A program made the position numbers and the translations under genes. 64,000 bases of DNA, from assembly GCA_976226885.1 (NCBI GenBank), contig OZ320322.1, positions 32,364,001 through 32,428,000 of the forward strand, written 5' to 3'. Below are positions 1-13,997 of the stretch, piece by piece. The notes beneath the pieces were generated by a model. That model worked only from the letters and a program-made list of their open reading frames with translations. It searched no databases and was not told where the DNA came from. The stretch comes from Iphione sp. A-MEVVRFRX5. Its lineage: Eukaryota. Positions within the stretch are counted from its first letter, which is position 1. Every line of letters starts with the position of its first letter.

Positions 1-119
1 CAATACGGCCAGACAGCACCTCCGGCATACAGCTGCAGCTGCCGTGGGCCGCGAAATAAAACACCATACTCTCACATCGATATCTTATCACGGTGGACGT
101 GAGGCAGACTGTATACGGC

Positions 120-390
120 GGAGGGGAACTCTTGTTATAATAGATGCAACAGGAACATTCGGTATCACAATACGGCGGCATACCGTTATACCAACAGGCA
201 CTTTAGATACAATCACGTTGTTTATGGGGTGCAAATAAAGTGGGGAATCTTGCTGTATAATGGATGCAACAGGAACATGGGGCATTGCTAAAAGGGTGCC
301 ATACAGTTGGCACGGTAAGATGCAATGACATTTTAAACAAGTTGCAAACGAAAAAGGGACTCTTGTTGTAATAGGTGCAATACGGTATCA
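120..390. repeat. Degenerate ~118-bp tandem repeat
   Basis: GGGAA.TCTTG.T.TAAT.GATGCAACAGGAACAT-like units near 123, 242 and 356. Confidence 0.65.
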
Positions 391-1250
391 CTAAGGTCCG
401 GTTTTCTTACCGAGGAGAGGTGCGAGAAGGTCCGGATGTTTTGTCAGTCTGGAACCTGGTGAGGTTTATTTTCCCGCACCCGCACGAACAGGGGTGTCCT
501 TTGTGGTACCGGGAAAGAGGATGTAAACGGCTGAATTTGAGTATGAAAACCGCGGAAAACAGCGAAAATGATACGGAAAACAATGAATACGGATTAATTT
601 GACTATAAAAAACCGTGAAAGCGGTGAAAATGACCAGAAAAGGGATAAAAAGTACAAAATTGATTTTAAATACCGTTAAAAGCAGTAAAAATTACCGAAA
701 AAAAGTCGGGAAACAGACAGATTTGTGCGTAAATGTGCACAATTGTGCGTCAAACACTGTAAACAGTGAGTAAAAGTGAGTAAAAATGAGTATGAGGAAA
801 TGTCCGGGCGTCCGGAAAATCATCGGTCAGTGCTCGATAAGGCCCGGTTTCCTGACCTGCATTGGTGTCCATGAGGCTGCGTGAAGCCTTTGGGTGCCAC
901 CACATGCTTTGTCTTTCACTCAGCCTCATGCAGCCTAACACTTAGGGATGTCCTTTGAGGCTGAGTCGAGGCTGCGTGAAAACTGTCCAATTTCATGGAA
1001 AGTCGGCCGAAAAATGACAAATGTGGAAAACCAGTTAATTTCATGTAAATTTGGCCAGAAAACTGCCTATTTTATGGAAACCAGCTAATTCCATGTAAAT
1101 TCGGATAAAGTATGTAAATTAGGATAAAGCCTATTTCACAGAATTCAGCCAAAAACTAGAAAATTTCATGGAAATTCAACCAAAAGTTGAGGACATGTGC
1201 AGACACGTGTGGACATGTGTAGACATGTGCAGGAAAAGTGCAGAACATAA
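386..1250. mobile_element. Non-autonomous DNA-transposon-like remnant with A-rich subterminal repeats
   Basis: Arrays of GAAAA-type short repeats (540-750) and AATTTCATG(G/T)AAA repeats (975-1180). Style is shared with 38990-39800 (reverse) and 21320-21500 (reverse). Confidence 0.4.
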
Positions 1251-3057
1251 CCATCTCCAAAGTCTATCTGTCCTATACTTCTGTGCGTTGGTATGCATGT
1301 GCATGAAGTTATAGAGCATTGCTCAGCAATGGACAATGCAGGCCGACGCACACCAATGGTTATTTGATTGTCGGTGACTGAATGAAGACTGTTTTTCATT
1401 CTACTCTGTGTCAATTCCTTTTGGATTTATTGTAGTAAGCCAAGCTGTACGCATCGTTTTTGTTCTATGTGACTGAATGAGTGTATCATTTATTTTTAAT
1501 ATTCTATTTTTTAGAATATTCTCTGTGGAGACGTGACTGATGTTACGTTATTGTCCAAATTTGATATAGAATACAGTGACATAATGGGCTTCTACAGTTG
1601 CATCCAAAATTTCCATTTCTTTTCATTCTTTTAATTGTATATCATCAATAAAGCAAAACTTTCGTGGAAAAGCTATTCCCCGCATTAAAATGCTTTCCCG
1701 TTGGACCAATTGCTGTACGACCGAAAACGTCATATAACTTAGATATTTCACCGACTGTCTTACAAAATAATGCGATTTGATTGTCTGAGGGACTATTATG
1801 ATGTCACAAACGGCAAGAGATGTTCATCTGTTGTAGGTTGGGTGGCTAACACTTCGGCGAAACCTCAATTGGTCAACAAGTTTTCACTTGATCTGCCAAA
1901 ATTTCTTCAATATGAACATCGTCTAATGTACTACCCTTATGTATGGGAGTTTCGGTGATTTTGGAAAACAAAGTCCTCTATTACGTGTCTGTAACGAACT
2001 GGTCCTACAGAGACGAGGAGGCCTTCTGCTGCAGAGGCGCCCTCTATGTATACTACTGGGCCCGCCAGTCAACGTCGGTTAATCCGATCAAGGACACCTC
2101 GTAGTCAGGGGGTCGGCTTAAGAAAGGTCATCTGTCAAGGGGGGACGAGGCGCAGGTGGGCAAACATCAAGTATGGACACCTGTAGGGAAAACGAGAGAG
2201 GAATACAATCGAAGTGCTTTGCAAGTCACTAATCCGTACACTGGAAGGTGCTGGCGTGAATTCATCGAGTATGTTGGCCGAGAGAAGAACGCCCTGAGCT
2301 CCCGAATTAACTCGACATTCACTCAGACTCTTTCATATAATCAAGCCTAACCTGCTTGTTTATTTCTACTATGCCGGGCATTAAACGTCTTTTTTAATGG
2401 AAAATGTAGTGAATAGAATAGATATGAATTTAAACAAGTGCTAGTATGATAACGTCACATAAAGATGCAAGTATAGCCGCTGAGCTAGGGACTGAGAGTG
2501 AGGGAGAGCAAATGGGAACATCCAAAACAGATTCCAAGCCGAGTGAAGTGTGACTGTTGGCAGCTGTTACGTGGACATCGGGATGCGGTGAATGAAGTGG
2601 ACTTAGAAAGAGTGAGAAGAAAGAGAAGACAGGGATAAGGTAAGAATATATAAGTTCAAGGGGGGGGGGAGAGACAATGAGAGCTGGCGAGAAAAGAGAG
2701 AAGATCCAGAATAAGAGTGCTGGGGGACAAATGAGAAAAGGATTCGAGAAAGACAAAGTAAGAGGTACATGTACAGTGGAAAATCTGTCCACAGACGCCC
2801 GACATATGTGGACAAATCATACTACGTACGGATCCATTTACTCCAGTCCCAAACAAAAACCCTCTATATTTTGTTTGGCATTGCCGGCCACTGTGGACAA
2901 TCATTTACATTGAACACTCACCCCTGGAACTTATTTTACAGTCCTGAAACCATATTGTACATGGTTACATTGGACACCTTCTGTTCACAGAGATCTCCAG
3001 GAATGGAGCTCGTCCCCGATACCCCAGAGGAGGTGAAACCACCTACTCCTTTGAAGA

Positions 3058-3060
3058 GAA

Positions 3061-3106
<46 letters not shown>
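3058..3106. repeat. (GA)n microsatellite
   Basis: Directly visible. Similar microsatellites: 9346-9368 (CA), 17040-17110 (CTGT/CT), 18800-18870 (GA/GACA), 20275-20305 (TATG), 46354-46392 (TC), 48036-48060 (GT), 59586-59620 (TTA), 60568-60592 (GT). Confidence 0.95.
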
Positions 3107-3108
<2 letters not shown>

Positions 3109-3139
3109 GAATATCGTTTCCAGTAGACAATACCTCAAC

Positions 3140-3600
3140 CAACACCTGAGAAGGTGTGAGGGAAGGGGTGGTAGTTAGGGGAGGTTTGTCGTGGATTGTC
3201 CTGACCAGAGCTACCAGCACTGAAGGGAGGTGTAAGGGAAGAGCTGGAGGGGAGCTGAAGGTGACCAACACCTAAGGGAGGTGTGAGGGACTGGCCGACA
3301 AAGTTCGGGAGAGGTCATGAGGACCAGGGCGAGAGTATAAACCTAGTAATTGATGTTATAAACCCACTAATTCAGGGTATAAACTGAGGAAGGTTTGAGG
3401 TAAAGTTGGGAAAGGTACCTGACCCCCCTACTGTGTAAGAAATACAATGTCTATACTTTGGTGAGAGACAGGGAGAAGGGGAATTCATTTCAAGGTTTGA
3501 CCCCCAAACGCTCTAAGTGATACAATGTCTGTACTTTAGTGAGAGAGAGAGGGAGAAGAGGGAGTTCGGTTACAGTGGGCTCCCCCTACTACAGGCACTT
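3140..3600. repeat. Short degenerate tandem repeats
   Basis: Three CACCT.AGGGAGGTGTGAGGGA-like units (3141, 3216, 3267). Two ATACAATGTCT.TACTTT.GTGAGAGA units (~3440, ~3520). Confidence 0.6.
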
Positions 3601-4740
3601 TGAGTGAAGTCCCAGTGATGTGCGCTGTAGAGAGGCTTCACTGTATTACGAAATGGTAAGTACTATGTGTAACAAGAAGTTAACCTGATCGAGGCGACAC
3701 CCAAGTACACTTTCATAAATGTACATGTATATAAAGATATTGTTTCAATACGAGGCCACATTTCAGAACTACTTATTGTGAATCATCTGTAACAAAGTAA
3801 AACTCAAGACTTAAAGCCAGTTGGGACGTTTTAGTACTTATTACTGAGAGACAGTACACATCGGACAGATGATGTTCATCTAGGTGAGATTTAATATACC
3901 CACATAGGATATGTCATGAAGTGATATTACAAGTAAGGCCCAATTTTCATGCACCCGTGTCTCTATGTTGTGTGCTCATATGTGCTTCACTCTGATATTG
4001 GGGCATATAGGAGTACAGCAGCATTGTACCTATATCACAATTTACTCGATGCTTGTTCACGTCCAACACCTTGTACGCACTTTCTGTTACATACAATGCA
4101 GTGTAATTGACCAAGTTCCATTTATATACTTCTCCAGAACCTTCTCTTATTGCTATATTCTGTATCCTTTAATGCTTTTATCTGCAAACTATGTACGAAA
4201 AGTCACTAAATCCAGAAATTTCAAAATATCTGAAGTTCCTCCCCCTGCTCTTGGCGTATGTTGCTAAGCGATAACATTTTCCTAATTTGTACTGTCGTTC
4301 GTTATGATTCATATCTGCGAACAAGTGGGCTGTTGACGAGTGGAACTTCACATGCGTGTGTAATCTTTTGATAACTGCATTTTGAATTATGAAAGAGGGC
4401 GTGAATCAGAACTATTGCTGTAGTGACTGGGGCGTTTTCTCATCATATCATGCATATTGGTGAGGTAATATGTTATGAGTCTCCTGAGATTAGGAATACC
4501 TATATGGTATGCGCCGTTCTGGCCTTACATCTAGCATTTACTCAGCATATCATACACTTAGTATGACTATACTTACCTAATGACTACGTCACTATACTAG
4601 CCCTGACAGAAGCGCGCTTGATCAAGGCACCAAAGACGGTCTTACTGTAGGGACAACTGCTTCATTAAATAAAACTGCGTTATTTCCAGATGACTGTGAA
4701 TGCAACAAATTTTCTCTTGAGTATTGAAATATGATTCAAC

Positions 4741-4805
4741 ATCCAAATGTTATTCGATATTCAAACAAAATCATCCAAATGTTATTTAATATCCAAACAA
4801 AATCA
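4741..4805. repeat. 33-bp tandem duplication
   Basis: ATCCAAATGTTATT..ATAT.CAAACAAAATC occurs twice. Confidence 0.8.
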
Positions 4806-4929
4806 TGTGTGACGGAGACCATCCAAAGTCTTGAATGTATTAGGCTTTCAACCATTTCCACATGACACATTTCATTTGATATAGCAGAGTGCATGCGTCA
4901 ACACAGCTTATATATCACTTCCTACCGGT

Positions 4930-5120
4930 AGGGAAAGGCAGACTTTATTACGTCGCCTACAGCCTGTTCCTCCTGTTTCCGATCGGGGGAGAGACATCGA
5001 CCGAAAGTGGCGGACGTGTCTCACGCCCAGGTGGCGCTGCGATAACTTACACGTGACCAGGTCCAATCACATCGCAGGGACCATTTCTGGTTGGTGCGGG
5101 GTGATTGGCAGGTGGGGTGT
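4930..5120. promoter_or_regulatory. CpG-rich cluster with CTCF-like and CCAAT motifs
   Basis: CCAGGTGGCGCTG (CTCF-like), CACGTGAC, CCAATCAC and its inverse GTGATTGG. Confidence 0.3.
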
Positions 5121-5870
5121 AGGTTTTACGTGGCAATGCTTGGGATGTTATTAGTTAACTTGGGAGGACAACATGTGTAGGAATTGGAGTGGCGGTGGCA
5201 GATTTCTGAGTGTTTGAACAGCACGATGAATGTTGGTTGATAACGTTTTGTGACTGAGATGACGTTAAGGTAAGAAAAACAGAGGGATATGTGTGAGAGA
5301 GTGGGGAGAATAGTACTCGTGCAAGAAAGGAGATCAGGATATCCAGATAAAGAGAAACATTGAGACAAAGACTGAGAGAGAGAAAAAAGAAACAATCACA
5401 CAATACGAGTAAAACGGCAAACAGAGACAAAGAAAGAGAGTGAGAGAAACACGGACCGAATAAAGACGAACAAAAGGACCACTCCGGGAAGGAGGCAGGA
5501 GAGAACGAATAGAATGTCGGTCAGCGGCAAGAAGCGAACAAAAGAATGTGAATCGTATGGGTAAATCTGGACAAAAATCAATACGTGGCCTGATCAAATA
5601 ACGCTTTGACACACAATCACAGTGTATCTACCAGTATTCATTAATTTGTATTTGGGAAGGACTTTTCTTGATGTAGCTATCAATGTGACATTTGCCCGTT
5701 TTCGCAACGAAACCGTCCGAGCAATAGGATGCACTCACCTTGGATTACAATGACAAGTAGTATTGTCTGTAGTCAGTGTGATTATTTTTCTGTTTCTATG
5801 CATTATTTGAACACAATTATCCTTGCAAAGAGATAGATACAGTTACATCTACCTGATAAGATCAAAGCAA

Positions 5871-6670
5871 TCAAGTACACATTGGTCTCACATAATGGTG
5901 GCAGTTTGAACTCAAACGCGGTTCATGTCGTTATAATTTATTCTTTAGAATAAAAACATTTGCAGCAATGTATATTTTAATAATGATAAATTCTATGACA
6001 ATAAGACCCAACATCTAGGGCATATTTTATGACACACGTGACGCGACAAAACTAGAGCCTGCCCTTCTCTTTGAGCATATATTATATGCCTATTATCATT
6101 ATACACAAAAGTATGCTTGCTATCCATGATAACATTTACAACTTATGATACTCCCTACGAGGCTGTTATTTAGGAGTCATATACAATACAACCATGACCT
6201 GTCATCTGAATTCCCTCGCAACTATCTGGGCATATTACAAACACATCGAGTAGCCCTCTAATCTATCGATTCCAAGGTACGTTTCGCAATGCGCCATGTG
6301 AAAACTATCTGTCGTCATTCACATCTACAGTAGCACAGGGCGAAGTTCCGCTTCACGTCTCCACTCATATTCTGCTTGGTGACCCGCGGTAACCCAACGT
6401 GGTCGCCCTCAAGAGTAATACCCACTTTGTTGGTTTACCAAGTTTAGCCAGACGGATGTCAGAGTATTGAATCTGGTACCAAGACAATGAATGCGGACCA
6501 GTTAAAGGTGTAGCCATTTCTTTGTCTCTAAAACGTGTCTGATCATCCACTTAAAGCTTCCCCCACTTAAGGCCAACTAAATTCACCTGGTTGTCCTTCA
6601 GGTGGTTCAAACACTACTTTAGAGGTACTTGACAAACTGCCACCATTATGTGAGACCAATGTGTACTTGA
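5871..6670. mobile_element. MITE-like element with perfect 38-bp inverted repeats
   Basis: TCAAGTACACATTGGTCTCACATAATGGTGGCAGTTTG at 5871-5908 and its exact reverse complement at 6633-6670. No transposase; no clear TSD. Confidence 0.75.
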
Positions 6671-8971
6671 CTGCGTGAATTATGTCCTACTTAAGTATTT
6701 ATATTCAGTAGAATATTTACGAAACGCAACATTAATAATAATACTTAAATCATACAGGTTTCGATATCACATGACACATGCAAATCTGAATCCCACTAAT
6801 CTTCGAAAAAGTATATAGGGTATTGGTCAGTTAGACTGTCATGAACTGGATGGTAACTAGAGACACGGACAGTAGCATGCTCTCACGAGATTGCTCGAGA
6901 ATGAGAGCAGGTGTCGATGGCGCCAACTACTGGTAACGCATGCGCACATTAAAAAACAATTTCTCAGTTCCTACCAGTGGGAAAATTCCACCTACCGTTT
7001 GCGACAAGAAAGGTTTATACTCCCCATCGAAATATGATCCCACGGTGTGCATTGCTTACTTTGTGTCACTAACAGTTAAACATATTGTGAGGCACACACG
7101 CATTTGACATAATGCCGACTCCTATCTATGGCAGAAAAATGTTTTTAAAACAAAGCAATACATATATACAGAGCAATGTATGTGTGTTTGGCCTTGGGTT
7201 AACTAATCAATTACATGTATCTGTCTATACCGAAGAAAATATTTGTACTTGTTCTGTTCTTGATCATTTCAATCTTTTTTCATTATGATTTAAGTAAACG
7301 AGTCACAGGCCACAAATCGTGACCAGAATGCCAGCTTCGTTATACGCAGAACCTTCGAAGTATATCTGTATATATATATATGTATTCATTTTACACTGTG
7401 TGTATCTGTGGTTGGCCTTAACCCATTCTAGTGTCTATCAAGAAATAAATACAAAAAGCCACAGAAGGCAACTAGACCGGAGGGCTCAGATGGTGGTAAG
7501 AGTTAACCGGAGTTTACTACCACCGCCAACACTGGACTATGGCCCATTGGGGGCTTGTCTGGAACACTCCTACCTCAAAGGTGGATTTTTCGTGCAGTAT
7601 TGACCACTGGCTTACTAGTAAAATGGTTCGGACTACTAGCTAAGAGCTTTTGGGTTCAAATCTTACTAAATGCTTATGTCTCCTATGCGCTGCCAATCTG
7701 ACAGCTTTAAGGGATCAGGGCTTTTTATCACATTACTGTAATGGAGGTTTTGCAAGTAATATTTACTGTTGTCCTCATCGTGGAGCATCTTTGACCTCTT
7801 GTCATCAGGTCCCAAGTTCAATTCTGTGCCCATATCACCAGTTGGAGGCTGATACGCCACAGCTGACATTTCTGGCTTCCTGACTGCGGTGGAGGGTATA
7901 ATTGGCTTATTAATAACGAGTCGGCCCGGTGATGCAAACGGCCCACTTACCTACGGGTCAAGAGTTCACAACCCCGGAAAATCGATCTTAGTCTAGACCT
8001 ACATGTTCACAATTTGATTTACTACCTTTTCGTGATTTTCCCTCGAGACTTCCAGCTGCTGAGAGCTATAATGACCAGTTGTTTATTATAAGAATTCCTT
8101 TGTGCTTTATCATTTCAATCCTTTTCAATTAATCATTCTAACTATAATGCAGTGAAATTCTGTAAAGATTTTGGAAAAGAACATTCCCAAAGTGAATGTA
8201 TAAACAAGCTGAAAATATAGAAATTTAAAAACAAATCTGGGAAGATTGGGTATATATGCGCATTAAATAATGTTTATTATATTCTAATATAGGAAATGAG
8301 ACCATAATAATGGTTGTTGTCAAAATACTTCGGGCCCGTTTCATCTTAGGAGAAGTATTTTGATTGTCTACATATAGTTTAGTTTAATCTAACATACATC
8401 TTTTTTTGTGTTCTGCCGGTCTCTGTTTGCGTAGAAGAGTTTAGCTACTTCATATTGTAAACGATCACTTTATAAAACTGAAATAATTAACATGGGAGGT
8501 GGGGAGATGATAATTAAGATGCAATAGATAATTGTGACCTAACAATGCTTCAGAGAGAAGAAGATCACTCCAAATAAGGTACTGAACTCGTCGGCTAGTA
8601 GCACACTCCCATATCAGGTCAGGTGAACCACCACAACACTGCGGACTGACCACAATGTGAATATGGCCGTCTTAAGGACTGACTTTAATCACAAGCAAAT
8701 GATTCTCTCTATATGAATAGTGACTGCCATGTGGACAAGGTGATTTTGTGGACAGTTTCAGCTCAGTTCCCAGCGCTGTCCATAAAACGGCGTATCACTG
8801 TACATGTACTTGGTTATGAGCACAGGCAGTCAGACGTCAGATCAGCTTAGCAAAGCTAAGGTGGACAATTAGGGTGACAAGTCTTGAACCTCATGCGTAC
8901 TGATAAAAAGAACAAATGTGGCAATATCAGACATACTTATCTTAAGCAGGTAATTTCCTTCCTTAACCTTA

Positions 8972-9146
8972 NNNNNNNNNNNNNNNNNNNNNNNNNNNNN
9001 NNNNNNNNNNNNNNNNNNNNNNNNNNNNNNNNNNNNNNNNNNNNNNNNNNNNNNNNNNNNNNNNNNNNNNNNNNNNNNNNNNNNNNNNNNNNNNNNNNNN
9101 NNNNNNNNNNNNNNNNNNNNNNNNNNNNNNNNNNNNNNNNNNNNNN
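8972..9146. other. Assembly gap (N run)
   Basis: 175 N. Confidence 1.
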
Positions 9147-9770
9147 CGCAGCTAATGTCCTGCAGGAAGCCATCATCCCTCCCCTCTTCACCTTCCCGGA
9201 CTCACGTGCCACCGTCTCCTCCTATCGCCTTGCCCCATGGCGGCGACGGTATACTGCATACTGACAATCAGAGACGAAGAACCGGGATCTTAGACACACA
9301 GTCACAGACAATATAGTGGCCACGCACACATCCGCACATATAGACGTACACACACACACACACACACAAGCTTGCACCGAGGCCCACTCCTACGGTCGCG
9401 CATGAGCTCAACCTCGACCCTCAGCATATTTTCTTCTCTCAGATCCACAAATTAAACATCGACTCCCAATCTCCTTTGGAGCTCTATCACGCAAGCTTTT
9501 ACTTAGACGACAGCAAGGCTGCGTCTAAGGATACGTGCTTGTGTGTGTGTGTGTGTCCCCCTGTGTGTTGAGGGAAGAGTCCTTATCTCCAGCAGTGCTG
9601 CCTCCTGGTGTCAACCTGCATAAGCGCCCTCTACCGACCACCTCTCCACCATGGTAATTCCTCCAATCGCCGGTGGGAGGCCCTCCAAGCCCCAGCGGCT
9701 GTTCACTACAGGGAACTGCCTGTCAGCCGGTACCCTGTCCTCAGCCTCCTGGTACCCCGTAACCATGTAC

Positions 9771-9932
9771 CTCGAGCATATACAGGAGGCCTCTCCTGGT
9801 ACTCATTAGCGAATCTGTAGACATAGTGTTCATACATGGCCGCCTTCTGATGATGGAGGCCGTAGTAGAACCCGTCGAGGGGGTTGAAGCTTCTTAGCAG
9901 ACTCCTCGTCAGTAATTGACGGTACGGCCAAC
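9771..9932 (-). CDS. Candidate 162-nt symmetric exon (GWPYRQLLTRSLLRSFNPLDGFYYGLHHQKAAMYEHYVYRF...)
   Basis: CTTCAG| acceptor, GAG|GTACAT donor, coding-like composition, one open frame. Family not recognised. Confidence 0.35.
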
Positions 9933-10689
9933 CTGAAGATCCTCTACTTACATATTTGTATATACCTATATACATGTGTATGTCATTTTGGGGAGATTTA
10001 GATGTGATAGGTGCTTATATATATAATATTAGTTCCAACATGGCTAACTGTGCGGATCGTATCTTTTACTAATACCAAATGGGTGCATTGGTACAGTGAC
10101 CATGCACTGTTCGTCCGAAATATAAACATATTTGGAGGTGAATTCAACGCATATTTGCACTTAGAAGTTTTTTTGTCGTGCATTATGTTCGCAAAAACAG
10201 GAAATGGGCCCAAATTTGTATTCTCTGTATATGCTCACTAGACTGGAACTCATAGCGTAATTATGATGCCAAGATGACGGTATATTGGCAAAAAGAAGGA
10301 CTAAAACTTTATTTATATCACTTTATCAAATCGAAAATTATAGTATGAATAAAAACCCTGTCAGAGCGCCTCTTAATTATGGAAGCAATTGCATTATTCA
10401 TCTACCATTCCTTTGCATCTTGACCTTTAATATTGAGATCGAGCGATGGTATATGGACCCTGCACTGGCTCCCATGCTTAACGGGGCGTTGCTCTGTATT
10501 ATGACTGGTGTGAGATGGAGGAGTCCTCTCTTGACGAGCCTTCAACTGATAATGATTGAACTACATCGCAAACCATTGTGAAATGTTTGTGGAATAATTG
10601 TCTATTGCTCACGTGGAAAAAGCAGGGAAATCTGTTCATTTTGCTGGAAACTTAAGTCCTTCTATGTGATTTTGATTTTTATATTGATT

Positions 10690-12520
10690 TGAAAAACTTT
10701 TATTGACAAGTACTATCACCAAAGTTCGATGTGTTTTCAATGTACAACTCATCCTAGGTTTGTACAATAAGCCCGGCCGCATCATACAATGATTAGTTCA
10801 CAATGTTTAATATTGTGAAATACCTTTTAATCCAAAGTACCTTTGGACTATCACAATTTAAAAAAAATTAAGAATTTCTCAGAATTTCTTCGTCCTTTTT
10901 AAGTAAATTATGTATAGCAACGCTACCCTCACTGTCACATCCATGGGTATCTTGTTCCATTGCTTGAAACCTTACACTACAAAACTTAATTCATATACTA
11001 TAGATGTTGATCTCTCTACTTTCAGTTGCACACCCATACCAGATCTGGTACATAACCTCTTTTTCTCCTCACAAAAATCTAACTCATACATATTGGTTAT
11101 TAACATTAATAGATAGTAATTTAACCGTTGTTCATAATCTCTTATCCCATTTAAGTACAACCACTGCTTGATTTCAGCTGTGCTGGCCCAATGGGTCATC
11201 GCACAAGATCTAATTGATTTACACCAGGCACTTAGAAGCTTTTCTACATCATACTTTCTTATGCCTACAAGAAACACCATTCCATAATCTAAATGTGAAA
11301 CTCCAAACATTTTAAATAATTGTTTCCTTAAATTAGGATTCAACAAATAACTAGATCTATGCACTAGATATGATATGAACCTCTTTTCTTCAAATAATGT
11401 ACATTGAGAGGATGTTTCTAAGCTGTATTTCATTTCAGTTTGTAAAAACTACAATGCACATATACACGTACATGTATAATAATCACAAATGTCTACAGTT
11501 AGGCTGGGCTGATACTCTTCACTGATAGTCTAAATCATATATATTCATTGATGCATATAGGTTTCTTCTACAACAACAGAACCCACATAGAAGAATTCAA
11601 ATAATACAGATAATCAAGTTTCCATCTTTGTAGAGGATAATTAAACAAATACATAAGGACAACAGACTCTGACTGATATGGATGTTTAGGTAGTCGTTAC
11701 CAACAATGCCATAAAAGTATTTACCAGTGGTGCCTATATCAGTCCAACATTTGTAGGTAGAGATGAGCTCTCCTACTGATATACATATTAAGGTTTTTAC
11801 TGACAGGGGCTATGTAGAATCCTACCTAAGGGCAAAGAATATCCTACTGATATTAGGTAAAATAAACTTTTGAAAATTGAAAATATCCCATTATGCGCAG
11901 TTTAAACTACAGCCTCTGTAAGGAGACAGACACGGGTTGAAGTACAGGATGGAAGACTTAAACATGGAGGGCGTGCTAGAGAAAAAAGAATCAGTAGCAG
12001 CAATTGTCTGAGACTTTCAAGTATGAAAAATACTGAGATCCAGCAACTTGCAGGGAATTTCAGGATGGAAATACCAACGTTTTGTCAGAGTGTGAATTTG
12101 TAATGGTGAAATTCCATTAGGATTCAATTTGACTTTGTCGTTTTGATCCAGCGCGATCTTATAACGCCTTTCGAGCTAACATGTTTCGAGAGGAGGACCC
12201 CAGTGTATTCTTCTACTATTGCTACTAGTCAGATGTATATGATACCGTAATCGCTCAACACCATCACTAAGTCACACTTTCCTACTGGAACACATTATCG
12301 CTGAATATTCATAACTTCTAGACTTATGCAGAAAATACTTGGGATCTTGCACAGATGCCCGGAATGCACAACCAGAGATATAATAGTTTAAACTGGCAAC
12401 ATCAATAATGGCATCAGTAAGCAATAGTACAGGCTGTTTGTAGTATAGACTATTATCCTGAATAATCCTGTCCCCATAATACACCGGCCGTTTTCTACAA
12501 GGCTTCAATTCCACATTACT
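10690..12520 (-). mobile_element. Degenerate 5'-truncated CR1/L2-like LINE (RT remnant, C-terminus, 3' UTR)
   Basis: ORF 10972-11433 (LRKQLFKMFGVSHLDYG...DYEQRLNYYLLML...RLCTRSG) resembles the post-RT C-terminus of ORF2. Weaker RT-like remnants lie upstream (LLTDAIIDVASLNY; SLPTNVGLI*APL). AATAAA near 10700. Confidence 0.55.
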
Positions 12521-13997
12521 AAAATTCCTCTAGCACTTCCATTAAGTCAATTAAATCTAATTTTATAGTCCTACCTCTTAGTGTTAACAGCATGTTTCAG
12601 AGCTATTTGATTTTCATCTGTACATGGATGTAAAACTCACCCGTACCATTTGCGAGTTACTCCGCTCCTACGTGTGACAGTTGAAACTATTTGTTGGCGG
12701 GGAAATCTGTCAGCAGAGAGATGTATGAAGATAAAATGAGGAGAGAGATAGACACAGAGACGTGGAAGGACAGAAAGAGAAACAGTAAGGGAAACTAAGA
12801 GATGCAGATATAAAGAAGATGACAGCAATTTGATAGATAGGCACAGACGATCCATCTGATGTGCCGTGTTGAAGTGAGAAGACAATTCCTGCCACTAATT
12901 TTCAAAGAGACCTCGGCTTACGCCTCGAAACCCAAGACCTTCACTTCCTAATTATTTTCAATTAAAACTCGAGAGTCAGTTCCTCTCAAACGGTGCTTCT
13001 TCCTACGCTTTCGCCTTAAGAAAAGCTTGCCAATTTTCCCTTCCCCACCGTTCGACCCCTCTCTCCTCCAGAACTAATTGGTCTTCTAACTAAGCTGATT
13101 TGGATGGTTGGGTGGATTTCTGCCCGCTCACTATGAACCAGCTGCACTGGACATCCACCACTACGATAAACCCATAGAATAATAGTGAAGGGAATGATTA
13201 GGAAAGAGAGAATCTACAATATTATCTGTCTGGGAATGTAAACTGCTTCGTCTACTTTGACTGTGAATATTAGCCGGATTTAGGCCCTGTCCGTGCTGTA
13301 CTGATTATATATACGTTTCGATACGGTTACGATTTTGCCCTTTTCACTATCTCTACATTTCTAGAACCATTCTAAAGGGTTTAAGAAAATAGCTTAGTTT
13401 TAATGGTTACATAGCAGGACGCTATTCCATTGGTTACGCTGATATTTCAGGTTGGACATATGGGACTGTATCTTCAGTGACAGATTTGCCCGCATGGCCC
13501 TTGCTTGCCCTGCCCCCTCGCCTGCCTGTACCTACCTTCTGTACACTGCCCCAGTCCATCTCTACTGAATATGTGTTCATTCTAATTCTACCAGATAAAA
13601 CCGTCAGTGTATATCTATGGGCAAGTTAGAGTCCTTCCTTTGTACTTCACCCCTTGTCCCAACCTTGCCACTGTGATCAATACCCCCCATGCTCTATCCA
13701 GCCCAACCCCCTCGTGCCATAGTTTGTGGAAGGCCTCTGTATATGTATCAGATTAATGCTACTTCTTAGCGTATGGTTAAAGCTTGGTCGATTGTCAGAA
13801 CAGAACTGCCTCCTTCATTCACTCCCCGTCTCCATACTAACACTGTGTTCCTTATCCCCTGCCTCCCATCAGGTCTACCACCCACACCACTTTCAGTTTA
13901 GCCTCTGTATATGTACCTGTTAAAATTGCTCTCCTTGCATGTGGTCGAGGCAGGTGAAGAGTCGGAACAGGCCAGAACGGCCGGGGCGAGCACTTAC

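Noticed and set aside
2156-2350. Protein-like short ORF and a neighbouring exon-like frame (DEEAFCCRGALYVYYWARQ)
   Set aside because: No family match and no consistent splice chain.
6365-6550. PHSL motif suggesting a tyrosine recombinase (Crypton/DIRS) inside the IR-flanked element
   Set aside because: No other YR catalytic motifs (R, H-x-x-R, Y) line up.
8530-8650. In-frame TGA within coding-looking frames (here ...HLT*YGSVLL..., also at ~22515 and ~58030), suggesting selenocysteine or readthrough
   Set aside because: No selenoprotein family is recognisable, no SECIS element was identified, and alternative frames or chance explain them.
8884-9264. ORFs spanning N runs (also 62229-62670)
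   Set aside because: They are open only because of assembly gaps.
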